A DNA stretch of 64,000 bases. Origin: Actinomycetota bacterium (GTDB taxonomy: Bacteria > Actinomycetota > Thermoleophilia > RBG-16-64-13). This document shows positions 25,773 through 35,598 of this stretch, piece by piece. The stretch spans positions 4,095 through 68,094 of the forward strand of contig JAAYZX010000072.1 in assembly GCA_012514635.1 (NCBI GenBank). Reading direction: 5' to 3'. The notes under the pieces are model-generated. The model was not told where the DNA came from, searched no databases, and saw only the letters and a program-made list of their open reading frames with translations. The number at the start of each line of letters is the position of its first letter. Within the stretch, counting starts at the first letter, position 1. The translations under genes were made by a program, and so were the position numbers.

Positions 25773-26731
25773 TGGGCGAGAGGCGTGACTTGGTGCTGCG
25801 GGGAGGCCTGCAACGCCTGATGAAGCGAGGGGCCGGCCGTCTGGCCGATCCCGTGTTTGCCGTGGTGACCGGTATCGCCGGTCTCGCAGTGCTGATCATC
25901 CTGGCGTACATGGTGGTGGTGACCACGTATACGGCCGTACCCGTGTTTCGCAGCCAAGGGTGGTCGTTCATCTTCAGTACCGATTGGAGCCCGTCGGAGG
26001 GGAAGTTCGGGGCCTTCGCCTTCATCTACGGGACCATCATCACATCTCTGATCGCATTGTTGATTGCCGTACCGCTCAGTCTAGGGGTTGCGCTCTTTCT
26101 GACGGAAATTGCACCCAGGTGGATCCGGGGACCGGTGGCCTACCTGGTGGACCTGTTGGCAGCCGTTCCCAGCGTGGTCTACGGTTTGTGGGGAGTCTTC
26201 GTCCTTCTGCCCGGGTTTCTCCAGCCTATCGCCACTTGGCTATCTGTCAAGCTGGGCTGGATTCCCATCTTTGCCGGGCCGGCCACCGGGCTTTCTTTTT
26301 TTGGAGCCGGTGTTGTGTTGGCCATCATGATCATCCCTATCATCACCTCGCTCTGTCGTGAGATCCTGAAGGCCGTCCCTGTCGGCGAGAAGAACGCAGC
26401 CTTCGCTCTGGGAGCGACACGATGGGAGATGATACGGGGCGCGGTACTGCCGCGGGCGAAGGCCGGCATCATCGGAGCCGTCATGCTGGGCCTAGGACGC
26501 GCTCTGGGTGAGACCATCGCTGTTGCCCTGCTGGTTGGTTCACGGGCACAGGTGACGGCCTCTATTCTGCAACCCGGCTACTCGATGGCCGCGGTAATTG
26601 CCAACCAGTTCCAGGAGGCTACCGGAGATCACGTAAGCGCATTGGTGGGTGTTGGGGTGGTGCTTTTCGGCATTACCATCATAGTGAACGTAGCAGCGCG
26701 GGTGCTGGTGTGGCGCATGGTGGAGTCGTGA
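25772..26731 (+). CDS. pstC: Phosphate ABC transporter permease PstC
   Basis: Multi-TM protein with ABC permease EAA-like loop (ALGATRWEMIRGAVLPRAKAGI). Operon position. Confidence 0.9.
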   Translation: MGERRDLVLRGGLQRLMKRGAGRLADPVFAVVTGIAGLAVLIILAYMVVVTTYTAVPVFRSQGWSFIFSTDWSPSEGKFGAFAFIYGTIITSLIALLIAVPLSLGVALFLTEIAPRWIRGPVAYLVDLLAAVPSVVYGLWGVFVLLPGFLQPIATWLSVKLGWIPIFAGPATGLSFFGAGVVLAIMIIPIITSLCREILKAVPVGEKNAAFALGATRWEMIRGAVLPRAKAGIIGAVMLGLGRALGETIAVALLVGSRAQVTASILQPGYSMAAVIANQFQEATGDHVSALVGVGVVLFGITIIVNVAARVLVWRMVES

Positions 26732-26793
26732 GCGCGTTTTTCGGAGACAGTGGTTCTGATTGCCGGACGAACGAAGGGGTATCGCCCCTTAAG

Positions 26794-27645
26794 GTGAGAA
26801 CGACGCAGAAGCGCAGGATCATTGCCGACGTGGCCGCTCGGGTGGGCATGTGGGGCGCGACGCTGATGGTAATGATTCCCATCTTCCTCATTTTCTACTA
26901 CATCGCGAAGAAGGGGCTACCGACCATGGACTGGGAGTTCCTTACGCAGTCTCAGCCCTTCTCGATGCGGGCGCGCGGGGGCGGTTTTGTGCACGGGCTT
27001 ATTGGGACACTGATCATGGTGGGGCTGGCTGCATTGATATCGGTGCCCTTGGGCGTGTTGGGGGCCATCTACCTGGTGGAGTATGGGAAAGGGAGGCCGT
27101 TGGCGCAGGTGGTTCGCTTCTTCAGCGATGTCATGACAGGAGTGCCTTCGGTGTTTGTGGGTCTCTTCGTGTACACGGCGCTCGTCATCCCCTATGGGTT
27201 TGGGGCCGTCATGGGTGCAGCAGCGTTGGCCATCATCATGTTGCCTATTGTGGTGCGGTCCTCGGAAGAGATGCTGAAACTGGTTCCGCGTGAGTTGAAG
27301 GAAGCGAGCTACGCGCTGGGAGCAGGCAAGTGGCAGACCATTACCAGGGTGGTATTGCCAACTGCGGCTCCCGGTATCACCACCGGTGTGATGCTGGCGG
27401 TGGCTAGGGCGGCCGGCGAGACGGCGCCGCTGATTCTCACCGCGTTGGGTTCTCTTGAGATCGTGACTAAAATGGTGGGTGAACCTATTGCGTCGCTGCC
27501 TGTGCTTGTTTTCACGGGGGCGCGTAATCCCTTTCCGGCCGGGCAGGAGCGGGCTTGGGCCGGCGCCTTGGAGTTACTGCTCTTGGTGCTGGTGTTCACT
27601 CTTCTGGCCAGAATTGCTTCATCAAGGAACAAACTCCAGCAATGA
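26794..27645 (+). CDS. pstA: Phosphate ABC transporter permease PstA; start uncertain (GTG 26794 or ATG 26848)
   Basis: Multi-TM protein with permease signature (ASYALGAGKWQTITRVVLPTAAPGI). Confidence 0.85.
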   Translation: MRTTQKRRIIADVAARVGMWGATLMVMIPIFLIFYYIAKKGLPTMDWEFLTQSQPFSMRARGGGFVHGLIGTLIMVGLAALISVPLGVLGAIYLVEYGKGRPLAQVVRFFSDVMTGVPSVFVGLFVYTALVIPYGFGAVMGAAALAIIMLPIVVRSSEEMLKLVPRELKEASYALGAGKWQTITRVVLPTAAPGITTGVMLAVARAAGETAPLILTALGSLEIVTKMVGEPIASLPVLVFTGARNPFPAGQERAWAGALELLLLVLVFTLLARIASSRNKLQQ

Positions 27646-27667
27646 GTAGGAGCGGAAGAAAGAGAGC

Positions 27668-28453
27668 ATGAGTCAGGAACCGGCCTTCAGTGTACGGGAT
27701 CTTCACGTGAGCTATGGTGGGCAGCCGGCGCTCAAAGATGTTGGCATGGATATTGAACCCTGCAAGATCATTGCCGTTATCGGCCCCTCCGGATGCGGGA
27801 AGAGCACGCTTCTTCGCTGTTTCAACCGCATGAACGATCTCATTCCTGGAGCCAAGATCACGGGAGAGGTCCTGTACAATGGGCAAGATATCTACGCCAA
27901 AGACGTCGATCCGGTGACGATACGGCGAAGCGTGGGTATGGTGTTCCAGCGGCCCAATCCCTTCCCCAAGTCTATTAGAGACAACGTAGCCTACGGTGCT
28001 CGGATCAACGGCTATAAGGGAAACATGGACGAGCTGGTGGAGCGCAGCCTGCGGGGTGCGGCTCTGTGGGACGAGGTGAAGGACAATCTGAACAAAAGTG
28101 CGCTTTCTCTTTCCGGCGGCCAGCAGCAACGTCTTTGTATAGCGCGGGCTATCGCGGTGGAGCCGGATACCATTCTCATGGACGAGCCGGCTTCAGCTTT
28201 GGATCCTGTCGCTACGTCCAAGATCGAAGATCTGATGCAGGAACTCAAAGAAAAGTACACCATCATCATCGTCACACACAATATGCAGCAGGCGGCCCGG
28301 GTTTCCGACAAAGCGGCCTTCTTATACACGGAAGTGAATGAGACGGGCAAGGCGAGATGGGGCATACTGGTTGAGTATGATGATACAGACAGGATATTCA
28401 CTAATCCCCGAGACAAGCGAACCGAGGATTATATTTCCGGCCGTTTCGGCTAG
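27668..28453 (+). CDS. pstB: Phosphate ABC transporter ATP-binding protein PstB
   Basis: Walker [10 protein letters not shown], signature [14 protein letters not shown], Walker [12 protein letters not shown], and PstB C-terminal tail. Confidence 0.9.
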   Translation: MSQEPAFSVRDLHVSYGGQPALKDVGMDIEPCKIIAVIGPSGCGKSTLLRCFNRMNDLIPGAKITGEVLYNGQDIYAKDVDPVTIRRSVGMVFQRPNPFPKSIRDNVAYGARINGYKGNMDELVERSLRGAALWDEVKDNLNKSALSLSGGQQQRLCIARAIAVEPDTILMDEPASALDPVATSKIEDLMQELKEKYTIIIVTHNMQQAARVSDKAAFLYTEVNETGKARWGILVEYDDTDRIFTNPRDKRTEDYISGRFG

Positions 28454-28498
28454 TCGGGCATACGCGGGTCGGTCAACAACGAGCACACCAACGATGCG

Positions 28499-29149
28499 AT
28501 GAGAGAACGGTACCGCCGAGAGTTGGATAGTGTGGACCAGGACGTGGTTCGCATGGGCGCGCTGGTAGAGCAGGCGATCGAGCAGGCCACCATTGCACTT
28601 ATCGAAAGCGATGCTACTTTGGCGCTCCGAGTCATGGAGGCCGACAACGATATCGATGATCTGTATGTGGGCATCGAAAAAAGGGCCTTGAGCATACTTG
28701 CCAAGCAGGCTCCCGTGGCGGGCGATCTCCGTCTCATTGTGGCTATCTTGCGGGCTACGCACGACCTAGAGCGGGCAGGAGACCTGGCTTACAATGTTGC
28801 CAAGGTAGCTGCTAAACAGGTACCGGTGGCGCGAATCAAGGCCATCAGCGGTCTGCTGGTGGAGTTAAGCGCCGAGTCACGTAGCCTGTTGAGCAAGGCA
28901 ATTGATGCGTGGGCGGAGAAGGACGTCATATTGGCACGTAGCCTACAGGACTTTGACGACGATATAGATGAGTTGCACAAACGTTTCTACCGCGAGATCT
29001 TTGCTCTGAAGCAGGACGAGACCTCATTCGAGACGGCGATGAATGCGGCACTGGTGGGCAGATGGTTCGAGCGAATTGCTGATCACGGTGTGAACGTGGC
29101 CGAGGGTGTTCAGTTCTACATCACAGGCCAAGAGGAGCTGCTTGGCTAG
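28499..29149 (+). CDS. phoU: Phosphate signalling complex protein PhoU
   Basis: Two PhoU repeats (ADNDIDDLYVGIEKR...; DFDDDIDELHKRFYREI...), each with the E-x-x-x-D metal-binding motif. Confidence 0.9.
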   Translation: MRERYRRELDSVDQDVVRMGALVEQAIEQATIALIESDATLALRVMEADNDIDDLYVGIEKRALSILAKQAPVAGDLRLIVAILRATHDLERAGDLAYNVAKVAAKQVPVARIKAISGLLVELSAESRSLLSKAIDAWAEKDVILARSLQDFDDDIDELHKRFYREIFALKQDETSFETAMNAALVGRWFERIADHGVNVAEGVQFYITGQEELLG

Positions 29150-29302
29150 GGCCGTGATTGTCCATTTACTCGTTAGCTGCTCCGGCGAGAAGTCCTTTGT
29201 TGACGTGCCCTGCTCCTGGCTGCGCATTGCATGATAGGATGAGACGTCGGCAGCGTACCGCGGGCCACGCCGTCGGTCCGGCGGGGCACGCAGATGCCGC
29301 GG

Positions 29303-29327
29303 GGGGCCGTGAGGCCCCACCTTTTTG
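29303..29327 (+). terminator. Rho-independent terminator after phoU
   Basis: ggggcc-gtga-ggcccc followed by ACCTTTTTGTT. Confidence 0.5.
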
Positions 29328-29356
29328 TTGATCGACCGAAGAAGGAGAGTCTGCAC

Positions 29357-30544
29357 ATGGCCCGCGAAACCGTCATCCTCAGCGCCTGCCGTACGCCTGT
29401 GGGGCGCTATCTGGGTACCTTGACCGATGTACCCGCCGTGCAGTTGGGAGCCCTCGTCATCCGCGAAGCCATAAAACGGGCGGGTGTGGACGATGACGAC
29501 GTCCAAGAAGTGATCATGGGTAACGTCCTAACTGCCGGTCTAGGTCAGAATCCGGCGCGTCAGGCGGCCATCCACGCAGGTTTGCCGCAGGAAATCCCCG
29601 CCATGACTATAAACAAGGTATGCGCTTCCTCTATGCGCTCCGTCATGCTGGCCGATCAGATCATTCGGTCCGGTGACGCTGATGTCATCGTGGCCGGTGG
29701 GATGGAAAATATGAGTGCGGCGCCTTACCTGGTCCCCAAAGCTCGTGGCGGCTACCGTATGGGTGACGGCGTTCTCGTGGACGAGATGATCAAGGACGGT
29801 ATCTGGTGCGCGTTCGGTGATTACCACATGGGTATCACCGCTGAGAACGTGGCCGAGCGTTTCGATGTCTCTCGTGAGTGGCAGGACGAGATTGGCTTCC
29901 GGAGCCAGCAGCTGGCCAAGAAGGCTATCGATACCGGTCTCTTCAAGGAAGAGATTGTTCCGGTTGAGATCAAGACCAGAAAAGGCGTTACCGTTTTCGA
30001 TACCGACGAGCATCCGCGCCCCGATACCACCCTTGAGGCCATGGGTAAGCTGCGCGGCGCATTCAAGAAAGACGGCACTGTAACGGCCGGCAACGCTTCC
30101 GGCATAAATGATGCCGGAGCATGCCTGGTATTGGCGTCGCGTGAATGGGCTGAGAAGAACGGCAAGAAGATCCTGGCCAGCATTGTGGCGCATGCGGCCG
30201 CCGGTCTGGATCCGGCCATCATGGGCATGGGCCCGTACTACGCCACCACCAAGGTGCTAGAGAAGACCGGTATCAAGATCGAAGACTTTGACGTAATCGA
30301 GGCCAATGAAGCGTTTGCGTCTCAGTGCGGTGCTGTTGCCAAGGAACTCCCGGGGTTCGATCTGGAGAAGATCAACCTCCGCGGCGGCGCGATTGCTCTT
30401 GGGCACCCAATCGGGGCATCGGGCGCTCGTATCATATCCACGCTCCTCTATCAGATGCTGCAGGAGGGCAAGGATCTGGGTTTGGCCACCATGTGCATCG
30501 GTGGTGGTCAGGGCACAGCGATAATTCTGCGGCGGGAGAAGTAG
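29357..30544 (+). CDS. Acetyl-CoA C-acetyltransferase (thiolase II)
   Basis: Active-site Cys motif [11 protein letters not shown]-terminal [19 protein letters not shown] and CIGGGQG thiolase signatures. RBS GAAGGAG before the ATG at 29357. Confidence 0.9.
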   Translation: MARETVILSACRTPVGRYLGTLTDVPAVQLGALVIREAIKRAGVDDDDVQEVIMGNVLTAGLGQNPARQAAIHAGLPQEIPAMTINKVCASSMRSVMLADQIIRSGDADVIVAGGMENMSAAPYLVPKARGGYRMGDGVLVDEMIKDGIWCAFGDYHMGITAENVAERFDVSREWQDEIGFRSQQLAKKAIDTGLFKEEIVPVEIKTRKGVTVFDTDEHPRPDTTLEAMGKLRGAFKKDGTVTAGNASGINDAGACLVLASREWAEKNGKKILASIVAHAAAGLDPAIMGMGPYYATTKVLEKTGIKIEDFDVIEANEAFASQCGAVAKELPGFDLEKINLRGGAIALGHPIGASGARIISTLLYQMLQEGKDLGLATMCIGGGQGTAIILRREK

Positions 30545-30611
30545 TATCGGACATCTAGAGCGCGGCTTAGGCGTACTCAGGACTTAGCCGGAGCTGCAGG
30601 TTGGAATGAAT

Positions 30612-30686
30612 GGAGGAGGGGCGCCCCCGCGGGGGCGCCCCTCCTCCTCGTGCGGACCGCCGCTCCCTGTGGGAGCGGCGGTCCGC
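30612..30686. repeat. Two consecutive GC-rich near-perfect palindromic hairpins (36 nt and 35 nt) after the thiolase gene
   Basis: ggaggaggggcgccccc-gc-gggggcgcccctcctcc, then gcggaccgccgctccc-tgt-gggagcggcggtccgc. No U-tracts. Confidence 0.5.
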
Positions 30687-30764
30687 GTGTGAGACAATAG
30701 TAACGGCATACACAGATAATGCCGAAGGCACCTCGTCTTCGAGGTACGCAGGGAGGAAGACAGG

Positions 30765-30989
30765 ATGAAAGAGAAGGTGGAGCAGGCTCTGGACATGATC
30801 CGGCCGGCCCTCCAGGGCGATGGCGGGGATGTCGAGCTCGTTGGTATTGATGAAACCACCGGCGTCGTGACGGTGAAATTAGTGGGCGCCTGCAGCGGAT
30901 GCCCCATGTCCCAGGTAACGCTGAAATCCGGCGTAGAACGTGTTCTCAAGCAGGCGGTCCCCGAGGTCACCTCAGTGGAATCCGTGTAA
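30765..30989 (+). CDS. NifU-like (Nfu) Fe-S cluster scaffold domain protein
   Basis: 74 aa with motif [22 protein letters not shown], the Nfu CxxC motif. RBS GGGAGGAAGA upstream. Confidence 0.8.
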   Translation: MKEKVEQALDMIRPALQGDGGDVELVGIDETTGVVTVKLVGACSGCPMSQVTLKSGVERVLKQAVPEVTSVESV

Positions 30990-31113
30990 GTTCCGGTACA
31001 AATAGACGCATGAGGAAGGCCCGCCCCCCGCAGGGGAGCGGGCCTCAGTCTTCTCAGGGAGCGCCACCTTCTCGTGGGCGACCCGGGCGTGCGGCGCCCA
31101 CTGGGCACGACGC

Positions 31114-31833
31114 TTATTCGATGTACTCGAGCACCAGATGGCGCAGCAACTCCGCGTTCTGGCTGCAGGTGTCCGCCATGGATTCTAGACGGTCGATGAT
31201 GGCGTTGGCCTGCACAAAAGTCTTGTAGTCGATATCGAGGTCGAAAAGGAGCAGATAGGACTCCTTGAAGACATCGTCTGCCCGACTCTCGATCTCTGTG
31301 ATCTGCTGGCAAATGGCGAAGGTTTCCCGCATATCGCGATTGAGGGCGAGCACGGCGTCGCAGAGGCGGGCGGTGGCTTCAACGTCGATGCCGGCAAGTT
31401 CCACCATGTAGTCCTTGAACTTCTGGGGGAGGTTGAGGGGGCGCATGGCGATGCGGTCGGCGGCGCCCACTGCGAGGTTGGCTATCTTGTCCATTGTAGT
31501 GATCAGACGGGAGACGTCGGCTGTGGCCATGAAGAAGATGCCGCCCATGGAGAGTCGATCAAGGATCCGTGCTTTCAGGACATCGGCTTCGCCTTCCAGG
31601 CGGTCAATCTCATTGGCAGCCGCTTGAAGTTCAGCGGTGGAGCCGGCGGCGTAGCGGAGCACCATTTCTTGGAGTCTTTCCACAACAACCACGACATGTC
31701 GTGAGAATTCCTCAAGCTGTCGGAAGACGTGCGACTCGCGTTCTCGCGAAAGGTGCGCGATGGCAGACCCGAGCTGGCTGTCACCGCCGAGGGTACGTCG
31801 TATCCGTCTCCACCTGGACGATCGCTCGGCCAC
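31114..31833 (-). CDS. DUF47-family phosphate-transport regulator (PhoU-related), paired with Pit
   Basis: Helical protein immediately downstream of the Pit gene. This matches the conserved pit-DUF47 pairing, and the sequence resembles DUF47. Confidence 0.7.
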   Translation of the reverse strand: MAERSSRWRRIRRTLGGDSQLGSAIAHLSRERESHVFRQLEEFSRHVVVVVERLQEMVLRYAAGSTAELQAAANEIDRLEGEADVLKARILDRLSMGGIFFMATADVSRLITTMDKIANLAVGAADRIAMRPLNLPQKFKDYMVELAGIDVEATARLCDAVLALNRDMRETFAICQQITEIESRADDVFKESYLLLFDLDIDYKTFVQANAIIDRLESMADTCSQNAELLRHLVLEYIE

Positions 31834-31848
31834 GATACACTTCCTCCC

Positions 31849-32871
31849 CTATAGCCAGATGTTGAGAAGGTAGTACGCGCCCGCCGCGACGCCGGCACAG
31901 AAGGGGAGCGTGACCACCCACGCCAGGATGATAGCACGGAAGACTTTCCAGCTGACCCCGGCCAATCCGGCACGTAACCCCGTGCCGGTTACCGATGAAG
32001 TGATGATATGAGTGGTGGACACCGGCAGGCCTAGGAGGGACGCCAGTTGGATCACTACGGCCCCTCCCACTTCGGCGCTGAAGCCGTTTACGGGGTGCAA
32101 CTGACAGAGGCGCTCGCCGACGGTACGTATGATGCGGAACGACTTGTAGTCGAGATAGGTCCCCAGCGCCATGGCAGCGGCAGAGGAAATGATCACCCAT
32201 ATGGGAAAACCGAATTTATCCACATACGCATCAACGCTAAGCTGGTGGCTGGACGCGATGAAGATCACGATCATCCCCATGACTTTGGTGGCGTCGTTTG
32301 ACCCATGGCTGAACGACACCCAACTGGCAGACAGGATTTGCATGCGTTTGTAGAACTTGTCGGCTTTGTTGAGATCCCACTTAACCCGCTTCACGATCCG
32401 CTGAGTAATCAGCATGACCATATATCCGGTAAACAGCCCTAGAAATGGCGATACCACCAGCGAAGTGAAGACTAGTATCACCTTACCCCAGATGATGCCC
32501 GAAGGGCCCATGGCCGCCATGCCGGCGCCAAGCAGGCCGCCGACCAGTGCGTGTGACGAACTCACCGGCAGCGCCCAAATCCAGGTTAAGAAGTCCCACA
32601 CCAAAGCTCCGAACAGAGCGGCGATCACTAGATGAGCGGAGGCGTCGGACGCATTGATGACACCTCCGATAGTGCGGGCCACCGCGATACCCATGACCAG
32701 GGGGCCGATGAAGTTGAACGTGGCCGACAATGCGATAGCCGTGCGCGGCTTGAGCGCTCCTGTGTAGATGACCGTGGAGACCGCGTTGCAGCCATCATGG
32801 AAGCCGTTCATGACGTCGAACAGAAGACCCATGAACACTACTGCGACGAAGAGAAAGGTTTCTAGAGACAT
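31849..32871 (-). CDS. pit: Inorganic phosphate transporter, PiT family
   Basis: Duplicated PiT signature GFHDGCNAVSTV (N-terminal) and GSNDATKVMGM (C-terminal, GxxDxxxxxG). Multi-TM. Confidence 0.85.
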   Translation of the reverse strand: MSLETFLFVAVVFMGLLFDVMNGFHDGCNAVSTVIYTGALKPRTAIALSATFNFIGPLVMGIAVARTIGGVINASDASAHLVIAALFGALVWDFLTWIWALPVSSSHALVGGLLGAGMAAMGPSGIIWGKVILVFTSLVVSPFLGLFTGYMVMLITQRIVKRVKWDLNKADKFYKRMQILSASWVSFSHGSNDATKVMGMIVIFIASSHQLSVDAYVDKFGFPIWVIISSAAAMALGTYLDYKSFRIIRTVGERLCQLHPVNGFSAEVGGAVVIQLASLLGLPVSTTHIITSSVTGTGLRAGLAGVSWKVFRAIILAWVVTLPFCAGVAAGAYYLLNIWL

Positions 32872-33021
32872 CAGACCATGGGGCGGGAGGAAGGAGTCAC
32901 GAAGATAACGGGTGCCGGGGGGCGGCCGGTAGCCGATAAAAGGATCGAGTGTGCCGGTCTGTCTCGATACGGTTGATTCATCTGCCAGGGGCGAATGTTA
33001 CCATTCGGGCACCGTCGCCTC

Positions 33022-35562
33022 TCAGCCCTTTCTAGTGTGCAGTCTGGGCCACCAACTCCAACGGCCCAACAGGACAACGATGGCGGGGACCAGCGCGGTC
33101 CTCACGACGAATGTATCCAGCAGGATACCCACGGTCACAGCAAAACCTATCTGCACTAGACCCAGGATGTCGGCACTCATCATAGCCGAGAAAGTGCCTG
33201 CCATGATAATCCCAGCTGAGGTGATGATTGCGCCCGTACGCGTCATAGCCCGCCTAATGCCTGCCAGGTTGCCCATTCTATCCACTTCTTCCTTGACGCG
33301 GCCCATCAAGAAGATGTTGTAGTCCATGCCGAGCGCCACCAGCATGACGAACATGAACATGGGCACCCACCACGTGATACTCGGTGTATTAAAGAACCAT
33401 CCAAACACCAAGCGCACAATGCCTAGGGTTGATAGATACGAAAGCAAGATGGTGGCTAAGAGGTAGATAGGGGCCACGAACGAGCGCAGCAGCCATACGA
33501 GAACCAGCATTATGCCCAACATTACCGAGATCAGAGCGCGCGTCATGTCTCGAGCGGAAGCTTCACGTAGATCGCTCATGATGGCGGAAGTTCCGTCGAC
33601 CAGCCCTGAGGGAGAATCTTGGGCTGTTATTTGACGAAGCTGTCTCACCGCGTCCATGGCTGCGTTGGTGTACGGACCGACGGTGAGGGTTACGCTAACG
33701 CGTGCTACCGACCCATCTTGGGACACATACGCTTCTTTGAGCGCCTGCAGCTGTTGGTTCTGTCCCAAGTAGGTGTCGGGCAACATGAGGGCATCCGGGC
33801 GGGCGGCAAACGAGTCCTTTAATAGTTCCAGTCCGGTTGCTACACGGGACAACTCCGGCAGAACTACGCTGTAATCCGGAACATCGATGTCTGCTGTTGC
33901 TGCGATTGCGGTGAGGGCACCGGTGCACTCAGCGAAACCGTCAAGGGCGATGACCTCTGGATACTGTAGGGCGAGTTGACGTAGATAGGTGCCGAGATCC
34001 ATGAGTCCCGCGGCGGCCTCCTGCACAGCCTGCTTCGGTAGGGAGGAGTTGTTGTCGACGGCCTGCAGCTGCTTCGTTCCTTCGCGGACAAGTCGGGCCA
34101 TGTCGTTCAATTGGTTTTCCACACGCAAAGTGTCGGTTTCCGCGAGGATTGAGGTGAATCCGGTCACGTGCCCTACGTCGAGGGTTTCGGCGATCTGTGC
34201 TTCCAGTCGGGTGAGGTGGGCCAGGCCGGCCGGCGTGTCGAAGCCGTCCGAGTCATGGACGAGGACTGTTAGGGGCGAGGTAGACCCGGCGTCCAGGTGT
34301 GTGGACAGAGTTCTGAAGCCCTGGACGGCGGGGGTGCTGTCGGAGAGATCCGCCAACATGTCAAAGTCCCGCTTTAGGCCTTGTCCGTAGACGGCGAGCG
34401 GCACCAGAACTATTGTCACCACCACCAGCACGCGCACCGGATGGCGCGTGATCCTGCCGGACCACCAGGACCAGAAACGACCCTCATGGAACTGGCGGGC
34501 CTTGCGCGGCCAAAACGCCTTTTCACCCAGTACAGCCAGTAGTGCAGGGGTAAGTGTGAGCCCTGCCACCAGTGCTATCAGAACGGCGATAGCCACGCTG
34601 GGGCCCGAAGCGTTGTACAGTCCCAGCTCAGCAAAGGCCATGGTAGATAGCCCCACAATTACCGTAGCTGCACTGGAGGTTATGGTCTCGCCCACCGTGC
34701 CGACCGTACGGGCCACCGCCGCTATAGCAGCGTGATCCACCGCCATCTCCTCGCGAAAACGACTGATGAGAAAGAGGCAGTAATCCGTACCCGCACCGAA
34801 GAGAACCACAATGATGAACACATTGGTATAGCCGGAGATGGTCAGCCAATGTGCCCCCAGTAGCGCCACGACGCCACGGGAGATCAGATAAGCCAGGCTG
34901 ATGGTGAAGAGTGGTACCAAGGGGCTGATGGGTGAACGATAGACGAGTAGAAGTATGATCACCACCAGAAGGATGGTGAGCCAGGTAGTGGAATCGACGC
35001 TGCTTCGGGCTGCATGGTCATAAGCAGCAAGAACGGCGGCATCTCCGGTCAGGTAGGCGGTGATTCCCGCAGGGGCTCCATCGAGCTGGGACTCGACTTC
35101 TTCAACTAAGGCGTTACCCTCGTCCCCTGCTACCGGCTTGGCAAAGAAGACGATGACAATGGCCACTTGGCCGTCGGGGCTGAGCAGGGCTTTGGCGGTT
35201 TGTTCATCTGCCGTTGCAGGCGAGACTACGCGGCTGAGTGTTCCTCGTGCAGCCAAAGAGTCGAACCGTGCGGTCAGTTGCCGGAGGTACTCCCAAGAGG
35301 ATTTATCGGTGGCTTTTCGTCCGGGTCCGACATCAACAACAGCTACAGCACTGTTGTTCGATACCCGCTCGGGAAAGTGAGCCTTGAGCAGCTGTGAGGC
35401 CTGCAGGCTGGGAACGTTTTCCGGAAGGAACGCTCGGTGGTCGTTGACGGCGACCTTGTTGATATCGGGAGCCAGAAGGGTGAGGAGAGCCGCGACAATC
35501 ACCCAGGCTGCAATGATTGCCCATCTATACCGGCCGCACCACTTACCCAGCCGACTGAACAA
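33022..35562 (-). CDS. MMPL-family (RND superfamily) membrane transporter
   Basis: 846 aa with two 6-TM bundles and two large extracytoplasmic loops. Duplicated MMPL motifs (GAGTDYCLFLISRFREE ... ALGMDYNIFLMGRVKEE). Confidence 0.85.
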   Translation of the reverse strand: MFSRLGKWCGRYRWAIIAAWVIVAALLTLLAPDINKVAVNDHRAFLPENVPSLQASQLLKAHFPERVSNNSAVAVVDVGPGRKATDKSSWEYLRQLTARFDSLAARGTLSRVVSPATADEQTAKALLSPDGQVAIVIVFFAKPVAGDEGNALVEEVESQLDGAPAGITAYLTGDAAVLAAYDHAARSSVDSTTWLTILLVVIILLLVYRSPISPLVPLFTISLAYLISRGVVALLGAHWLTISGYTNVFIIVVLFGAGTDYCLFLISRFREEMAVDHAAIAAVARTVGTVGETITSSAATVIVGLSTMAFAELGLYNASGPSVAIAVLIALVAGLTLTPALLAVLGEKAFWPRKARQFHEGRFWSWWSGRITRHPVRVLVVVTIVLVPLAVYGQGLKRDFDMLADLSDSTPAVQGFRTLSTHLDAGSTSPLTVLVHDSDGFDTPAGLAHLTRLEAQIAETLDVGHVTGFTSILAETDTLRVENQLNDMARLVREGTKQLQAVDNNSSLPKQAVQEAAAGLMDLGTYLRQLALQYPEVIALDGFAECTGALTAIAATADIDVPDYSVVLPELSRVATGLELLKDSFAARPDALMLPDTYLGQNQQLQALKEAYVSQDGSVARVSVTLTVGPYTNAAMDAVRQLRQITAQDSPSGLVDGTSAIMSDLREASARDMTRALISVMLGIMLVLVWLLRSFVAPIYLLATILLSYLSTLGIVRLVFGWFFNTPSITWWVPMFMFVMLVALGMDYNIFLMGRVKEEVDRMGNLAGIRRAMTRTGAIITSAGIIMAGTFSAMMSADILGLVQIGFAVTVGILLDTFVVRTALVPAIVVLLGRWSWWPRLHTRKG

Positions 35563-35598
35563 GCTAGATGCCCCCGGCCTGACGCTGTGGCTCTCTAC

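Noticed and set aside
30612-30686. GC-rich palindromes as possible CRISPR or other repeat array (also 42622..42685)
   Set aside because: Each palindrome is a single inverted repeat with a different sequence. There are no spacer-repeat periodicity and no cas genes, so these are more consistent with terminator or REP-like hairpins.
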